Assembly: GCA_963765895.1 (NCBI GenBank)
Contig: CAVXZB010000019.1
Location: 160,001-224,000 of the forward strand
DNA from: an uncultured Nitrososphaeraceae archaeon
GTDB taxonomy: Archaea; Thermoproteota; Nitrososphaeria; Nitrososphaerales; Nitrososphaeraceae
Length of the DNA stretch: 64,000 nt
Direction of reading: 5' to 3'
The notes beneath the pieces were generated by a model. The model searched no databases. It saw nothing but the letters and a program-made list of their open reading frames with translations, and was not told where the DNA came from. The translations under genes and the position numbers were made by a program. This document shows positions 44,186-55,840 of the stretch, piece by piece. Each line of letters begins with the position of its first letter. Position 1 is the first letter of the stretch.

Positions 44186-44959
44186 AGTTTTTTTCCTTGA
44201 TCCAAACCTAGAGTAAGTGAATTGATTATGCAATAACCGTTTTTGACTTGGATTCTATATGTTAGCCTGAGTTCTGAGGCTGACCGTAAGTGTGTTTTTC
44301 ACTAATCCACATATCTGCTATGTAGATACAATTTTAAGCAGTTATACCCTTTGGCTACTTGATTGTGGTGGCGGTAAAGTCAGGCCAGGATAACAATTTA
44401 TGCCCAAATTGTACAGAGGGGCGTTTAAGCCTTGTTTGCATAAACGATTCTGTAAAGCATTCTAAAGGACTTGAATGGGCATTAGTATGCGACAAATGTG
44501 GTATAAGGGCTGAATTTTAAAACGTAAATAATCATATCTTATCCCTACGGTTATCTGACTCTGCACCTAAGAACGATTTATTGCCTTCCCGTATTAGGTT
44601 CTAACAATTTATAGTGAATAAGATGGTTTAGCTGTCGGCACCGAGTGCGAGTGCTCCAACTCGTCTGTGTGGATCTGCAATACAGGAAAACATAAAGCAG
44701 TAATATTGTAATGTAGACTTTGGATTAGATTTATCTATTGGGTAAAGCGGATATTCTAAGATCTGTTAAACCTGAGCCACAGACGAGAACTCGAGCTCTA
44801 ACAAATAACAGAATAATTTAGGCTTTGTATAATCGGATAGTTTCATACAATATAGGTGCACCCATTCAGGTACGTTTGATCAGTTGGAATGCTTGACGTG
44901 GCCACTGCAGGTTAAACATCAAGAATATCATGTTAAGTCCTGCTTCAATACCAGCCAGT

Positions 44960-45346
44960 TCATTTTCCGATTAAGATAGCATTTACTAAACCCTCTTGTC
45001 CAGGCCTTGACACGACTCTTGCAATGCCAAGTTCTGTCTCAAGCAGCGCCCCTTTACTGATAACCCCTCTTCTCTCGTAGTCTTTGTTTGCTGTATTCTT
45101 CGTAACGTTAAGTATTTTCAGTTTCGTCACTTTCTTTGTTTTGGAATCGGCGACATTAGCAAATTCCGCTGTCTTTAGCCCTGTCTTATGGTTGTTTCCT
45201 CTTATTCTTCTATTTACAGTCTTGTCTTTCCCGACTATAGCTTCGTTAGGATATCGATCCATCTCGTATTTCCGTCTTCTCCTCATTGATATTATTCGCC
45301 CGCCAGTAAGTTTTCTCCCTGCAAGGTTTTCGATTGACTTTCGCAT
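44960..45346 (-). CDS. rps8e: 30S ribosomal protein S8e
   Basis: RKLTGGR, RRRRKYE, RIRGNN, SRPGQEGLVNAIL. Confidence 0.96.
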   Translation of the reverse strand: MRKSIENLAGRKLTGGRIISMRRRRKYEMDRYPNEAIVGKDKTVNRRIRGNNHKTGLKTAEFANVADSKTKKVTKLKILNVTKNTANKDYERRGVISKGALLETELGIARVVSRPGQEGLVNAILIGK

Positions 45347-45570
45347 TCTCTCTAAGACGAAAAAGTTCTATAATCCGTAATTAAGACCTTTCTGATCACT
45401 TAAATCGACAATTTGACCTAAAAATTTCCTTGTTGTTACCATCCACCATCTGAATACAATCAACTTATTGTCATAAGTAGATTAGTTCTGATAGTTTCGA
45501 TATTCCATTGAGCCAGTGCATTTCTAGTATTTTTTTATATTAATTCGAGCAATTTGTATTTTTTGGGTAA

Positions 45571-46095
45571 TCATCCGTTAGCTTGCTTTGTTGGCATCAC
45601 TAAGAGCTTTTCTTTCATAGAATTAAGATCTGTAATCCCAAAATAATCCTGGAATTTTTTTGTTGTTTTATATATCTTTAATCTACCAACTTTTTCAAAT
45701 CCAACGAAACCAATTTGAAGTAGCTCTCTTAGGTGGTCGTAGACTTGAGAACCTCGAATTTGCAATAGCCGCCTCGAATTAAGTGGCTGTTCATATGCAA
45801 TATAGGAGAGTGTTCTTAACGCTCCGGATGAAACAACTGGACGTTGAGCAAATTTCCGAACCAATGGGGTATAATTAGATTTCACTTGTAACACAAAATT
45901 TCCATCCTCCAAACGGGCTATTTCGATAGCCTTGAATATTGATTTAGTCTTATCGATTAATGTCATTAGTATTCTATTAACCCGGGTCCTCGAAGAAATA
46001 CCGGAGGCCATCACAATCTCGTCCAATGATAGTGGCCTTCCTGATGAATATAGAACAGCTTCAATTCTGGCCGTAATTTCGTCTTCTGGCAACAT
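45571..46095 (-). CDS. scpB: SMC-Scp complex subunit ScpB
   Basis: IEAVLYSSGRPLS, LRTLSYIAYEQP, YKTTKKFQDYFG. Confidence 0.93.
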   Translation of the reverse strand: MLPEDEITARIEAVLYSSGRPLSLDEIVMASGISSRTRVNRILMTLIDKTKSIFKAIEIARLEDGNFVLQVKSNYTPLVRKFAQRPVVSSGALRTLSYIAYEQPLNSRRLLQIRGSQVYDHLRELLQIGFVGFEKVGRLKIYKTTKKFQDYFGITDLNSMKEKLLVMPTKQANG

Positions 46096-46143
46096 CTTTA
46101 ACTCATTTACTCTTCCGATAGATAAATTTACGTAGCCGCAATC

Positions 46144-46911
46144 TCATACCTTCTCCTCCATGCGCGATATAATAATGTCCTCACTACTAGTTTTGTCATC
46201 CCCATTAACTATTTGCTGCAGCTCTACCTGTCCTTTCATCGCTAAGTACAGGATTGCAAGAAAATTTCTTGCTGCCTCGATAGGAGTCATTCTTGCCACG
46301 AATGTACTGAAAAGAAGCGTTCCATCGGCATTTACAATATCAAGTATGATATTTTCTCGTTCTTGCAATACCTGTTCGATCTTGATAAAGTACTGGTCAA
46401 AATCAAAAGTATCTAAGGCATCCAAATTCAAATCTTTCTTCGGCTGCCTTGGGTTGCTTAGCCTGTTCAATATGGTCTCAAGTAGTCCTAGTAAGTCCTC
46501 TAGGTTTACCGGATAAGTTGGCTCGTATCTGTAAGGGATTTCGATTGGTTTCAGTTCCACGATCGGCATTGATAATGGAACTTCATCTACACCCTTCTTT
46601 TGCATCGCTATTTTTTCTAACCTGAATATACTTTCTACTTTAAGTCTGTGAATTATCGAAGAGGTTAGTACAGCGACTCCACAGAGTCGTAGATCCCGTC
46701 TATCTGAATTATCAATCAGCCTAACGAGCATTTGAAGAAGGGCCACTATATCAATTTGCCAAATGTCTTTCTTAGTTATGAGAGAAGGGTTAAATAGTAA
46801 ATTTAATGGAGGGCTAGAAATTTTCTTTTTAGTATCTATGATTTCTTCAGACGTACTGGAATCATTAGCAGGATTATTCAAATTTCGATCGGATCTTTCT
46901 CCCTCGACCAT
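46144..46911 (-). CDS. scpA: segregation and condensation protein ScpA (kleisin)
   Basis: 'DIWQIDIVALL', C-terminal 'ARNFLAILYLAMKGQVELQQ'; adjacent to scpB. Confidence 0.88.
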   Translation of the reverse strand: MVEGERSDRNLNNPANDSSTSEEIIDTKKKISSPPLNLLFNPSLITKKDIWQIDIVALLQMLVRLIDNSDRRDLRLCGVAVLTSSIIHRLKVESIFRLEKIAMQKKGVDEVPLSMPIVELKPIEIPYRYEPTYPVNLEDLLGLLETILNRLSNPRQPKKDLNLDALDTFDFDQYFIKIEQVLQERENIILDIVNADGTLLFSTFVARMTPIEAARNFLAILYLAMKGQVELQQIVNGDDKTSSEDIIISRMEEKV

Positions 46912-47203
46912 TTCTCTCTTTTATTGTCTTGGACCTTTAAATATCTCGCTAATTGATTAGCGAGGCAAACTGGAGGAATTGCGGAATCTGGGGAACTGGT
47001 GACCATATTTAAATTATCATTGTCTATATCATCTATTCAGGACAGCGATTATCCATTACTCGAATAGCTATTGCGTTCAGACAACATAATATTGATCTGA
47101 AACAAATTCTAATCTTAATAATGTGGTATTAATGAGATACGTCAAACGCCAGGACTATTTAAACGAGTTAATTTAAATACAGTGTGTGCACTAAAGTTGG
47201 TGG

Positions 47204-48443
47204 TTGGAAGAACAAAAGAGTACAAGGAAAATACGAGCGGAGGTTAAATTCCCATTAATATTGATTCACACTCCCTACGGATTAAGCTTTTTTGATAAAA
47301 TTGCCAGCTACTCGACTGGCAAAATTTTATGCAAAATTTAATATCTATTTAATGCCTCTTATTACTGCCTTAGCAATATTTCTTATTGTAGGCTCAATGA
47401 TGGTGTTATTTTCTAACGGCGTAGCAAGGGCAGGTGTACGAGATGCTGGGCCGCAATCGAATTTGCTGATTCCTGGCCTCAATCCTTATCTGCCCTGGAC
47501 TTATGGCTGGATAGCACTTGTCATTACGATAATCGTCCACGAAGCCGGACATGGGATAGTTGCCAGAATATATGGGATAAAGGTTGAATCCACTGGACTC
47601 GTACTAATTCTTGGAATCCCAATAGGCGCATTCGTCAATATAGAACGAGAGGAATTAGCGAGAACACCTCTTAAACAGAAAAGTGCAGTTCTAACTGCTG
47701 GTCCGATGAACAATATGATACTCGCTGGGGTATGCTTGTTGGGATTATTTTTGATCGTTTCTAGCCTGACGGTATTGCCCGTTACCGGAGTTCCAAAATA
47801 TGGTGTTCAGGTCCTGGGTGTGGGTGATGGAACAATAGCTCAGTCCATCGGATTAGCAAAGGGATCTATAATCGAAAATATTGATCAAGCCAAAGTCAAA
47901 GATATCCAAGACCTCACTCGACTTTTGAGATCTAACTTGGGCTCTAGCGTTAAAATCACTTGGAAAGATGAAAAGGGCGATTCGATAACACACATTGTAA
48001 ACCTGCCCAAGAACGTCGAACCAGACAAAGGTGTTCTAGGCGTCACCATTACAAATGTGGCCCCTGATCCGACAACAGTATTAAGTCGTTACAAATCAGC
48101 ATTCGGTTCAAATCCGATCGCTCTATTGCTTCCGCCTACTATGGTACAGGGCTCAGTGCCTTATTCAGATTTGATGGCTCCAAAGTACTCGTCAAGTGTA
48201 TTGGGAGAGACATATCCAATATTTTCGAACTTTTTGTTCTGGCTTTGGTTCGTGAATTTCAATGTGGGTATATTTAACGCGCTTCCAATTGGGCCTCTTG
48301 ATGGTGGCCAGCTGTATAATTCATTAATAGAGGAAAAGTTAAAGACGCGTACGAAGAGATTAAAAAATGCTTCACTTATTTTGAGTGCTGTGATGACAGC
48401 AATAGTGGTAGCATCATTCCTCTTACCATGGGTATTTCGATGA
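47204..48443 (+). CDS. site-2 protease (M50 family) with PDZ-like domain; frameshift at ~47304
   Basis: HEAGH, AGPMNN and FNALPIGPLDGG motifs; N-terminus LEEQKSTRKIRAEVKFPLILIHTPYGLSFFDKIA lies in another frame. Confidence 0.9.
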
Positions 48444-48905
48444 GGATCACTTTATTCAAGATCAACAACAACTAGAAAAATGATCTACCAAAAAGTTAAG
48501 ATATAAAGGTAGCACATAAATGTGCGCATCTTTTAATAGGAAGTTTCGCAAAACTAAGAGTCTGTAAGATAATCTGGTTGAAACTCCATACGGGCTAATG
48601 GCTTTCTGTATTTCACATTAGCCAGTATGGATTAAGTATGCTGAGGAAGATCAATATGATAAGGTGCGGTCAATCGTTTCGTAATGCTCTCATTTGTTGA
48701 GTTGGAAGTGTGATTTTGGATGTGCTGCACTGAGAAATTCGATTATTTAAACATATAAATAGTGATCATTTCCGCGTTTCATACCAAATCCTATGTTGTC
48801 AATCAAAAATTCCTCAAATAAATCATCAGCAGGACCATTAGAGGCATAGAGGTAATGCTGCGAAAAGCCTCCAAAGTTAGCGAAATTCGCTTTAATCGAA
48901 AGGTC

Positions 48906-50327
48906 ATGCCGGTAACTCTATTTCCATCAGTTTTGGAAGATGTATTCAATCGTTCATTAAATAATAATAATAGTCCAATCTTGTCTATAGTTATTGGTAC
49001 TAAGCCAGACTTCTATAAGCAGGCCCCGCTCATTCTAGAAGCATCCAAATCCCATATGCCGATATTTGTAATAAATACCGGACAGCATTTTGATAGGTTA
49101 CTAGGTTTTGGTATCAATGAATTCGAAATCAAGGAACATATAGGTTGTAACCTTCAGATCCGCGGAGATCTTATGGAGAAAGCTAGCGAATTGATCATAA
49201 AGTTCGGTACCTTTGGAAGATATTGCAAAAAAAAATATGGAAATGATATCCGCGTATTACCAGTTGTTCACGGAGACACGATAGTCGCCGGCATTGCCCC
49301 CTTAGCTTGGGTATTTGGTGTAGGACAAAAGGTAGCTCAAAATGAAGCTGGGCTAAGGTCAATGAGCCCGGTAGCAATGAAGAATATAACACGGTACAAG
49401 GATCCGACTAAAGGTGTTGTAGAAAAATTGGTTAGCTCTCAGCTTGACGGAGATTGGTTCATTGCTAGAGATGAACCATTCCCGGAACAAATAGACACTT
49501 GGATTTGTTCGGCTGGGACACAATATTTCTTTGCGCCCACTAATCTAAACAAGGATAATCTAATTAGGGAAGGATATCCAGCGGAGTATGTGCACACAGT
49601 GGGGAACTCGGTTGTCGACGCTATAAAAATGAAGAGACGGCATAAGGCCTCACGGAGCATTTTTGATCTTTATCCAATATTAGAATCAGATGAGTGGCTG
49701 CGAGTTGATATTCACAGGAGAGAAAATTTAACGAAGCGCAGATTTACGTCCATATTGAATTCAATTGGCCAGTTGGTAAGACATAGTCAACAACGGATCA
49801 TTTTTCTCATGCTAAACGCCACCGAAGCTGCAATTAAATCCTTTGGTCTAGATGGATATCTGCAAAAACTTGCAAATAATTACCCTAATAAGTTCATTAT
49901 ATCTCCCCTGTGGAAGGAATACTCCCATGTCATAGAATTTCTAGATAGTGGACATTGTTGGGCTGAGATGACAGACTCTGGATCAATGCAAGAAGAATTA
50001 CTATATTTTGATAAAGTGATGTCATTGACCGTACGGCTAAATACGGATCGCCCAGAAACTGTTTTCGATGCAAGAAGCAATGTCTTGGTTCCGCCTGTGA
50101 GCGATAGGCTGATTTCCGCCTTTATAAATCAAGCATATAACCAAAGAGAAGGACTCGGTATTAAATTAAGGAATAAGAAACACCTCTACGGAGAGCCGGG
50201 TAAAGTATCTCAAAGGATAATACGAATACTAAAATCAGAATTTAGGAAGGGAGATCTGAACTTCTTTCCGTGGTTGCATCAAAGAATACATCTATGGAAA
50301 GAAAATAGCGGGTTAAATTATTGGTGA
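48906..50327 (+). CDS. divergent UDP-N-acetylglucosamine 2-epimerase family protein
   Basis: GTKPDFYK, NTGQHFD, HGDT, EAGLRS, EPFPEQ, VGNSVVDA, HRREN, TDSGSMQEE. Confidence 0.85.
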   Translation: MPVTLFPSVLEDVFNRSLNNNNSPILSIVIGTKPDFYKQAPLILEASKSHMPIFVINTGQHFDRLLGFGINEFEIKEHIGCNLQIRGDLMEKASELIIKFGTFGRYCKKKYGNDIRVLPVVHGDTIVAGIAPLAWVFGVGQKVAQNEAGLRSMSPVAMKNITRYKDPTKGVVEKLVSSQLDGDWFIARDEPFPEQIDTWICSAGTQYFFAPTNLNKDNLIREGYPAEYVHTVGNSVVDAIKMKRRHKASRSIFDLYPILESDEWLRVDIHRRENLTKRRFTSILNSIGQLVRHSQQRIIFLMLNATEAAIKSFGLDGYLQKLANNYPNKFIISPLWKEYSHVIEFLDSGHCWAEMTDSGSMQEELLYFDKVMSLTVRLNTDRPETVFDARSNVLVPPVSDRLISAFINQAYNQREGLGIKLRNKKHLYGEPGKVSQRIIRILKSEFRKGDLNFFPWLHQRIHLWKENSGLNYW

Positions 50328-50483
50328 CTCAAGAACTTTTCTAATTGGAAAAAGGATGTGGGCTACAGAATAAAATTGGTGATAACTGAACAGGAAAGAC
50401 GAATGACATGCAGGGGAGCAGGGTGATTCATGACCAACACCAACAAAAAGTATAATTCTCTAGGGTTCTCATAGTCGTATAAA

Positions 50484-51341
50484 TTGGATTCAAACGTGGA
50501 CAATGAAAAGTATCCAGATGAAGGCTATTTGGAGCATACAGAGCGGATTTTCTTCGAGTTAGCGAGTGAACAGCGCTTGGCGATCCTCTTCAAGTTAAAT
50601 CAAGGCAGTCTAAGACTTGCAAAGATCGCAAGAGATCTAGACGTTACTATGCAGGAAGTTCACAGAAATGTTAATAGGTTGTCTGAAGCGGGAATAATAG
50701 ATAAGGATTCCAGTGGGTCTTTTTTCCTTACTACATTTGGGAATATCATCATCAAACATATTTCAACCTTTGGCTTTCTCTCGAGGAACAGGTCATACTT
50801 TTCGGAACACATTCTCAGTGACCTTCCGATGAAGTTTGTACAGAGAATTGGCTCCTTGGATGATTCCGAATATGTCAATGGATTTGTAGCTGTCCTAGAA
50901 TTGTGGAAAAAGCTATACGACAGCTCTTCAGAATACATATATGCCATGCTTCCCCAAATTCCTTTCGAACTTATAGAAGCAGTAATTTCTAAAATAAAAA
51001 AGGATGGAGTTAAATTTAGCTATATCCTTCCACAAAATGCGGTAATACCTAAAAAGGGGTTTGACCTGCTCAAAGCCTCTGATTTTCCTGATCTATTGAA
51101 AAGCGGAATTGCGGAGAGAAGAATGATCGACAAAATTACAACGGCCGTAGTATTGAATGAAAGGCATGCAACGGTACTGTTTCCTAATTCCAAAGGCATT
51201 ACCGATATGAATTCCTTATTTTCTGGCCGATCTAGCAACGGGGAAGCAAACACATTATTTCATGAATGGTGTCTGGACTTCTATAGATATAATTGGTACA
51301 ATTCAAAATCATTCGACGAAAAAAGACTTAAGGAGGTGTAG
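50484..51341 (+). CDS. ArsR-like winged-helix transcriptional regulator
   Basis: 'FFELASEQRLAILFKL...LAKIARDLDVTMQEVHRNVNRLSEAGII' plus an archaeal C-terminal domain. Confidence 0.85.
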   Translation: MDSNVDNEKYPDEGYLEHTERIFFELASEQRLAILFKLNQGSLRLAKIARDLDVTMQEVHRNVNRLSEAGIIDKDSSGSFFLTTFGNIIIKHISTFGFLSRNRSYFSEHILSDLPMKFVQRIGSLDDSEYVNGFVAVLELWKKLYDSSSEYIYAMLPQIPFELIEAVISKIKKDGVKFSYILPQNAVIPKKGFDLLKASDFPDLLKSGIAERRMIDKITTAVVLNERHATVLFPNSKGITDMNSLFSGRSSNGEANTLFHEWCLDFYRYNWYNSKSFDEKRLKEV

Positions 51342-51946
51342 TATTTGTGCTGGACTATACGGTCATCAACAACCGAAATTCAATCAGACGTACAGACGCT
51401 GTGTTATTTGTAATTTGTAATTTGTACGCGGAAGATGCAGGATTTATGATGCGTGTGGACCTGGGATTAAAATCAGCAGCGGACCGGTATTGATTGCCTA
51501 TCTTGCTACCGATATTTCAGGATAGACATTGCTGGGGATTCGCTAAAAGCCTTAGCCATTAGCTAAAGTGTCTCCGTGAGTTGTAGATAAAGTAAGTCAA
51601 GCTAATACTCTACATGGTCTGTCAAACAAAAGAGCACATTAACTTCACGTTGGATTGGCTATACCGGGGTGGTTACCCACGTTATGGAAAAAATAATATC
51701 GGATAGGACCCTAGAATCTCTTTAAATTCTCTTCTAGTATCAGCTGGAAATTAAATTTGTAAAGGAAAATACGATCATTATAGCCAAGATTACCGGGACT
51801 GAAAGTCTCAGGTTAGAAAACATGACAAAATATTTATTAATGATTAGACCATAGTTTATATGGCTTTTTGCGGAAAACTATTGACGTAAAATTATTAGAC
51901 TTTGCCAACTTATTATAGGTGAAGTTTTGGGCTATATGGTGCCGCG

Positions 51947-54222
51947 GTGGCCAGAAGAAGAGTAATTGTGCAAGGAGAAAATAGCAACAAATCGGAAAAA
52001 GGAGAAAGTAACACTCGACCTACGCATAGGAGCAACATAAAGAAAAGTAGAAGTGTTTTGGATAGTAATATTCAAGTCGAGAATTCTCGGATTGTGTCTG
52101 ATGCCGAACTGCCTGCAGAAACCCCCACTAATATACCTGGGCATGTTATGAAGGTCACTTCTGATGATCAAGATGCCTTGTGGGCAGTAGTGTCCGAAGC
52201 AGTGACCGTCGGAATCAAAAATTACAGGTGCTAGGTTTGAAGGGCCAAGCATTGCTATTTACACCAAGAATCCCAGATTCTCACTCACTGAACTTACTAT
52301 GCATTTGTCTTCGTTGTCGAAGTCTTTAAAGAAACGAATAGTTGTCAGGACTGATCCATCTATCAGGATCAATGAGAACGAAGCCAGGAGTAGGATTTCA
52401 AAACTACTTCCAAAAGACGTGATGCTCTCGGCGATTTTTTGCGACGATGCAACAGGGGAGGTCATCTTGGAATTGAATAGACCTAAGATCGTAGATCCTG
52501 ATATGGTTGTCAATATAGCAGAATCCACAGGCTGGATTGCGCATACAAGGCAATCACCACATATTCCCTCCAACAGCATCACCTTAATACACTCGATGCT
52601 CAAGAATTCTGCAAAGGAGAGAACATCTTTCTATCAGCGTGTGGGAACTAGAATTTTCAGGAAACCCCTTATGACAAGCTCAATTGCTGTTAAGAGCATT
52701 GAGCCAGGTAGGAACCTTTCGAGCTTTGCCAATGATAACGGAATCTCAGATAAAGTCGGAGATTTATCTATACCGAATCAAATTGTTAGCACAAATTCCA
52801 CGAACCAGGGAACACCTCCGTTATCACCATATCCGAATACTAGTAAACATGAAGTTATGTTGTATTGTTTGGGTGGAGTGAAACAAGTGGGAAGATCTTG
52901 CTTTATCGTGGTAACACCAGAGAGCAAGGTGATGCTAGATTGTGGAATAAATCCGGGAGAAAATATAGCCTTGAATGCCTATCCTCGCCTTGATTGGTTC
53001 ACCTTTAGCCTAAGTGATCTAGACGCAGTAATTATTAGTCATGCACATATAGATCACCAGGGATTTCTGCCTGCCTTGTACAAATTCGGTTATAGAGGCC
53101 CAGTTTATTGGTACTGAACCAACATTACCCCTGATGACTCTATTGCAAATGGATTCAATAAAGATTGCCAACAATAATGGGACGTATCTCCCATTTGAGG
53201 CAAGAGACGTCAACGAAGTCATAAAAAGGTGTATCACATTACCATATGGTAAGCCAACTGATATTTCGCCTGATATTACTGTTACGCTTAATAACGCCGG
53301 TCATATTATGGGTAGCGCGACAGTACATCTAAACGTTTCTGGTGCACACAACATTCTCTACTCCGGAGATTATAAATATGCCAGAACTCAACTCCTAGAC
53401 AATGCTCTTTCTATATATCCTAGAGTAGAAACGCTTATCACTGAAAGCACATATGGCAATTCCACGGACGTTATGCCAGAGCAATCCTTGGTTTATAAAG
53501 GATTTACAGAAAGTATTAACAATACATTGAGAGGTGGCGGGAAGGTGCTTATACCCGTCCCGGCTGTAGGGAGAGCGCAGGAGATTATGCTCGTCTTAGA
53601 TCGGGAAATGAAAGAAGGGCGTTTATTAGAGTCTCCTATATATATCGAAGGAATGATCTCTGAAGCAAGTGCAATCCACATGTCCTATGCACATTATTTG
53701 GGTTATAATGTTCGTAAGTCTGTAGCTGAAGGCATTAACCCATTTCAGTCCGAGTACTTTACTATAGTAAATGGTACTAGGAAAAGAGAGGATGTTTTCA
53801 ATGATGATAGTCCTTCGATCATCATGGCAACTTCAGGTATGTTAGAAGGAGGCCCATCAGTAGAATATTTCAAGGAGATAGCACCAGACGAGAAAAACAA
53901 GATTATGTTTGTTTCGTATCAAATAAATGGCACCCTTGGTAGGAGGGTCATAGATGGTGTAATGAACGAAATAAGCATGATGGATAAAAATGGTAAGATG
54001 AAAGTTATCCCAGTTAAGTGCACTACCCAGAAAATCGATGGCTTCAGTGGTCATAGTGATTTTAACCAAATTCTTAGCTTTATTTCTAGGGTGAAACCAA
54101 AGAGGGTTTTGGTGAACCATGGTGAAAAATCTAAATCTGAAAATATTGCGAGCACGGTTTATCACAAATTAAAGATAAGATCTGGAGTTCCAGATGTTAG
54201 AGAAATTATTAGACTTCGCTAG
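51947..54222 (+). CDS. fttA: beta-CASP ribonuclease aCPSF1 / transcription termination factor FttA (frameshifts at ~52205 and ~53110)
   Basis: KH region (FEGP..AIYTKNP, KKRIVVRTDP), LGG..QVGRSC, SHAHIDH, AGHIMGS, ESTYG, SGMLEGGP, GFSGHSD, VNHGE. Confidence 0.92.
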
Positions 54223-54283
54223 CTCGGAGGTATTATTGAGTATCCTTTTTAGCCATGTATACACTATATAACTTGGGTAAGAG

Positions 54284-54430
54284 TTGGCTATAAGATATAA
54301 ATGCGTAAATTGCAACATTGTTTTGAGCGGAGAAGGTGCATCTAGACATTATCTTGCTAATCCAAACCACAAATTGGAAAAGCTTCCTCCACCTCTGAAG
54401 CCAGTCAAGAATGCAGATGCCAGGTCATAA
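54284..54430 (+). CDS. 48-aa C2H2-like zinc-finger micro-protein (absent from the ORF track)
   Basis: TTG start: MAIRYKCVNCNIVLSGEGASRHYLANPNHKLEKLPPPLKPVKNADARS*. Confidence 0.6.
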   Translation: MAIRYKCVNCNIVLSGEGASRHYLANPNHKLEKLPPPLKPVKNADARS

Positions 54431-54786
54431 CTATTGGTATTTTTCTGATTAATTTTGAACTCCACCAAGAAGCAGGTTAAAGTTGGTAAATGACTTAGTG
54501 GCAGTCGTGTCCCTTATTGAAACACAAGTATAGTCAAGTCAATACAGCCGTTAAATGTTTGAAATTCTTTTATACACTGCATTTTTGATTGTAATTAGAA
54601 CTCAATAATGGAACGAACATACGAAAATCGGATAGTAATTAAAGGACACGTTATCAGTAATGGTGAATTGATACTTAACCTAGAAATTCTACCCTTGTTT
54701 TAATAGAATCGCGATATCATGGATTCGATCCTTTGATTGCGGTCAATGTGACAATACACTTGATTTTATGTAAGCCCAGAACTCGA

Positions 54787-55575
54787 TCACCTAAAGTATT
54801 CTGATGTCAGACTGTCGATGAATAGCTTCGCGGATACCGCCATCACTGAGATGGAAAATAGTCTAATTAAGATCTTTTCGCCAACATATTTCGATAAGTT
54901 TGCACCTATCTGTGCTCCCATGATAGATCCTAATGAGAGGAATATGGCAAGCAGATATTCTGGATGACCTAACGAGATGTGCACAAAATTTCCAACTATC
55001 GATGTTATGAGCAGAGATAGCTGTGATGTAGCAGCCGCAGTACTCATTGTTAATTCTAAAATCACAAGCATGAGTGGAACGAAAACTATTCCTCCTCCTA
55101 TCCCAAATAAGCTTGAGATCAATCCAGCTCCTAGACAACCAAGGCTCAAAACTAATTCTCTGGTTCTCTTATTTTTGATAGCGTGAGCTTTACTATCCAT
55201 TCCTTTCCTGCCGATCTTATTTCTGGTCCAAAGATATACCCCAGTTAGAAATAATATGATTGCAAAATACAACTTAAATTGTCCCAATGGTAAAATTGAC
55301 GACAATATGGCTCCAACGGCAGCGCCTGGAACGGCAAACAACGCCATTCGTACCCCAAGACCATACTTTATTTTATGTTGTCTATAATATGCGACTACAG
55401 AAGATAGAGAAGTGAATGATACCGGTATAAGACTTGTACTTGCTATTTGCGCCGGCATAAGACCCATAAAAGTCAGTGCAGGAGAGACTATGATACCTCC
55501 CCCAATCCCCACCATTGCTCCTATTATTCCTGCAAACGTCCCTATAACAACCATTACAACAATTTCTTCTAACAA
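54787..55575 (-). CDS. sulfite exporter TauE/SafE family membrane protein
   Basis: duplicated GIGGGI..P motif, about 8 TM helices. Confidence 0.9.
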   Translation of the reverse strand: MLEEIVVMVVIGTFAGIIGAMVGIGGGIIVSPALTFMGLMPAQIASTSLIPVSFTSLSSVVAYYRQHKIKYGLGVRMALFAVPGAAVGAILSSILPLGQFKLYFAIILFLTGVYLWTRNKIGRKGMDSKAHAIKNKRTRELVLSLGCLGAGLISSLFGIGGGIVFVPLMLVILELTMSTAAATSQLSLLITSIVGNFVHISLGHPEYLLAIFLSLGSIMGAQIGANLSKYVGEKILIRLFSISVMAVSAKLFIDSLTSEYFR

Positions 55576-55840
55576 TTATTCCACATCTCAATGCCATAAA
55601 GCATTATCGCGCCTATTCTTGGAAGAATGATAGGCGAAATTTTTCGTAAGTCAAATCTTAAATCAGTGCTAATCGACCCGGCTTCATATATAAAGGTATT
55701 ATATTATATCCATTGTCCACGTGTAACGAAAAGTAGTATGATCGGACCAGACACAAGATATTATCCTACATTTAACATCTAGATCGGCGGCAGGATTCCT
55801 TGTAAACATATTAAAGCGAGCTTCGCAATCAAACCTTAAT

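Noticed and set aside
44350-44700. SRP RNA or tRNA near rps8e
   Set aside because: No SRP helix-8 motif, T-loop GTTCRA or cloverleaf seen; no tRNA or rRNA genes were recognised anywhere in the window.
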